From assembly GCA_001797845.1 (NCBI GenBank), contig MGQN01000047.1:1-50748 (forward strand): a stretch of DNA of 50,748 nucleotides, given 5' to 3'. Both the position numbers and the translations under genes were made by a program. The DNA is from Deltaproteobacteria bacterium RBG_16_44_11. Its GTDB lineage: Bacteria; Desulfobacterota; Syntrophia; Syntrophales; Smithellaceae. Shown here piece after piece: positions 49,746-50,748 of the stretch. Within the stretch, counting starts at the first letter, position 1. Every line of letters begins with the position of its first letter. The notes under the pieces were generated by a model that searched no databases, was not told the DNA's origin, and saw only the letters and a list, made by a program, of their open reading frames with translations.

Positions 49746-50456
49746 TCATCTCCTGTATGGAATCGGATCGTTCATCCCGGCATCCCGAAATCCTTTCAAT
49801 CGTAAAAGGCAGGAGTCGCAATGTCCGCATGCTTCACCTTGCTCCGTTGGATCATAGCAACTGTGCGTAAGAGAATAATCAACGCCTAATCCTACACCTT
49901 TATGGATAATCTGCGCTTTACTCATTGCAATGAGGGGCGTGTGAATAATAATTTTTTGTTTACCTGAAACTGCCGCTTTGGTGGCAAGGTTAGCCATTTT
50001 TTCGTACGCGGTAATATATTCGGGACGACAATCGGGATAACCGCTGTAGTCCATCGCATTCACGCCGATGAAAATATCGTTTGCGCCGATAACTTCCGCC
50101 CAAGCCAGGGCGTACGATAGAAAGATGGTATTGCGCGCCGGAACATAAGTTATCGGAATATTTTTTTCTGTTTTTTCCATCTTGCGGTTTTTCGGTACGG
50201 CAATATCACTGGTTAACGCCGAACCACCGATCACGCGTAGATCAATATCCACAGTCAAATGATTTGCTACCTTAAAATGCCGAACAATGCTCATAGCCGC
50301 AGCTAGTTCCACCTGATGACGCTGCCCATAGCGAAAGCTTAAAGCGTAAATCTCATATCCATGATTTTTCGCAATCGCCAGCGTTGTAGCGGAATCGATG
50401 CCACCACTGAGTAAAATAACGGCTTTTCTGTCAGGCAGGTCTTTATTCTTTATCAT
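49746..50456 (-). CDS. queC: 7-cyano-7-deazaguanine synthase QueC
   Basis: [12 protein letters not shown]-loop and the C-terminal zinc motif [10 protein letters not shown]. Confidence 0.95.
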   Translation of the reverse strand: MIKNKDLPDRKAVILLSGGIDSATTLAIAKNHGYEIYALSFRYGQRHQVELAAAMSIVRHFKVANHLTVDIDLRVIGGSALTSDIAVPKNRKMEKTEKNIPITYVPARNTIFLSYALAWAEVIGANDIFIGVNAMDYSGYPDCRPEYITAYEKMANLATKAAVSGKQKIIIHTPLIAMSKAQIIHKGVGLGVDYSLTHSCYDPTEQGEACGHCDSCLLRLKGFRDAGMNDPIPYRR

Positions 50457-50499
50457 ACTTAAGTTATTTATCAGCTTTTTAAAAAAAGCGCACAGCTAT

Positions 50500-50748
50500 T
50501 TAGATTCTGGATATTCCAAGACGAAAAAGCTTTTGTGTGTTACGGGCAGCGCTTTGTGCTACATCTTCCCAGGGCATGCCCTTGATTTCCGCTATTTTTT
50601 TTGCCGTGTGGATTATAAAGGAAGGCTCGTTTCTTTCGCCCCGATGCGGAATAGGCGCCAGATAAGGACAGTCTGTTTCTAAGAGCAAGAAATCCAGCGG
50701 CGTATGTTGGACGACATCACGCATTTTTTTTGCTTTATCAAAGGTAAC
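50500..50748 (-). CDS. TatD-family metal-dependent hydrolase, C-terminal part (truncated by the right window edge)
   Basis: LLLETDCPYLAPIPHRGERNEPSF motif. The frame stays open to base 50748. Confidence 0.85.
   Translation of the reverse strand, partial: VTFDKAKKMRDVVQHTPLDFLLLETDCPYLAPIPHRGERNEPSFIIHTAKKIAEIKGMPWEDVAQSAARNTQKLFRLGISRI

Noticed and set aside
50457-50499. preQ1 riboswitch upstream of queC
   Set aside because: The gap is only 43 nt. It holds an A/T-run palindrome (GCGCTTTTTTTAAAAAGC) but no preQ1-I/II consensus elements.

Overview
This is a visibly AT-rich bacterial chromosomal segment from a diderm organism, since it encodes lptFG, lnt and an MltD-like transglycosylase. Gene content (DUF362 Fe-S protein, radical SAM enzymes, PAS/HD-GYP signalling) suggests an anaerobic Desulfobacterota-like lineage, but that is inference only. 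About 47 kb is tightly packed housekeeping DNA, mostly on the minus strand. It contains tsaB-rseP-dxr-cdsA-uppS, frr-pyrH-tsf-rpsB, argJ-secA and an M23 peptidase. A plus-strand envelope block follows: a YkuD-like lipoprotein, a secreted D-Ala-D-Ala dipeptidase, a DAACS symporter and lptF-lptG. Then come a divergent metK with ahcY, panC-panD, an SLT/LysM transglycosylase, prfB with its programmed +1 frameshift, lnt-corC and a radical SAM gene. After these are tRNA-Asp and tRNA-Val, lon-clpX-clpP-tig-tRNA-Leu, a four-gene c-di-GMP two-component operon, tRNA-Pro, a Ddl-like ATP-grasp gene, mgtE, queE-queC and a tatD fragment. No CRISPR array, transposase, integrase or prophage genes were seen. 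The only clearly accessory locus is the left 3.4 kb. It holds a 769-aa single-gene fusion of an Mrr-type PD-(D/E)xK nuclease, a P-loop NTPase and a long uncharacterised C-terminal region. This gene has its own near-consensus promoter, is bracketed by a 20/21-identical 21-nt direct repeat, and is flanked by unusual GC-richer non-coding DNA (REP-like palindromes and a ~125-nt imperfect hairpin). It is my best candidate for an undescribed STAND/Avs-like defence module, but the call rests on motif reading alone. Secondary candidates are two structured leaders: a promoter-hairpin-terminator unit abutting panC, and a ~160-nt leader upstream of mgtE that lacks the M-box signature. All calls come from reading the sequence and the ORF translations; no database search was possible.
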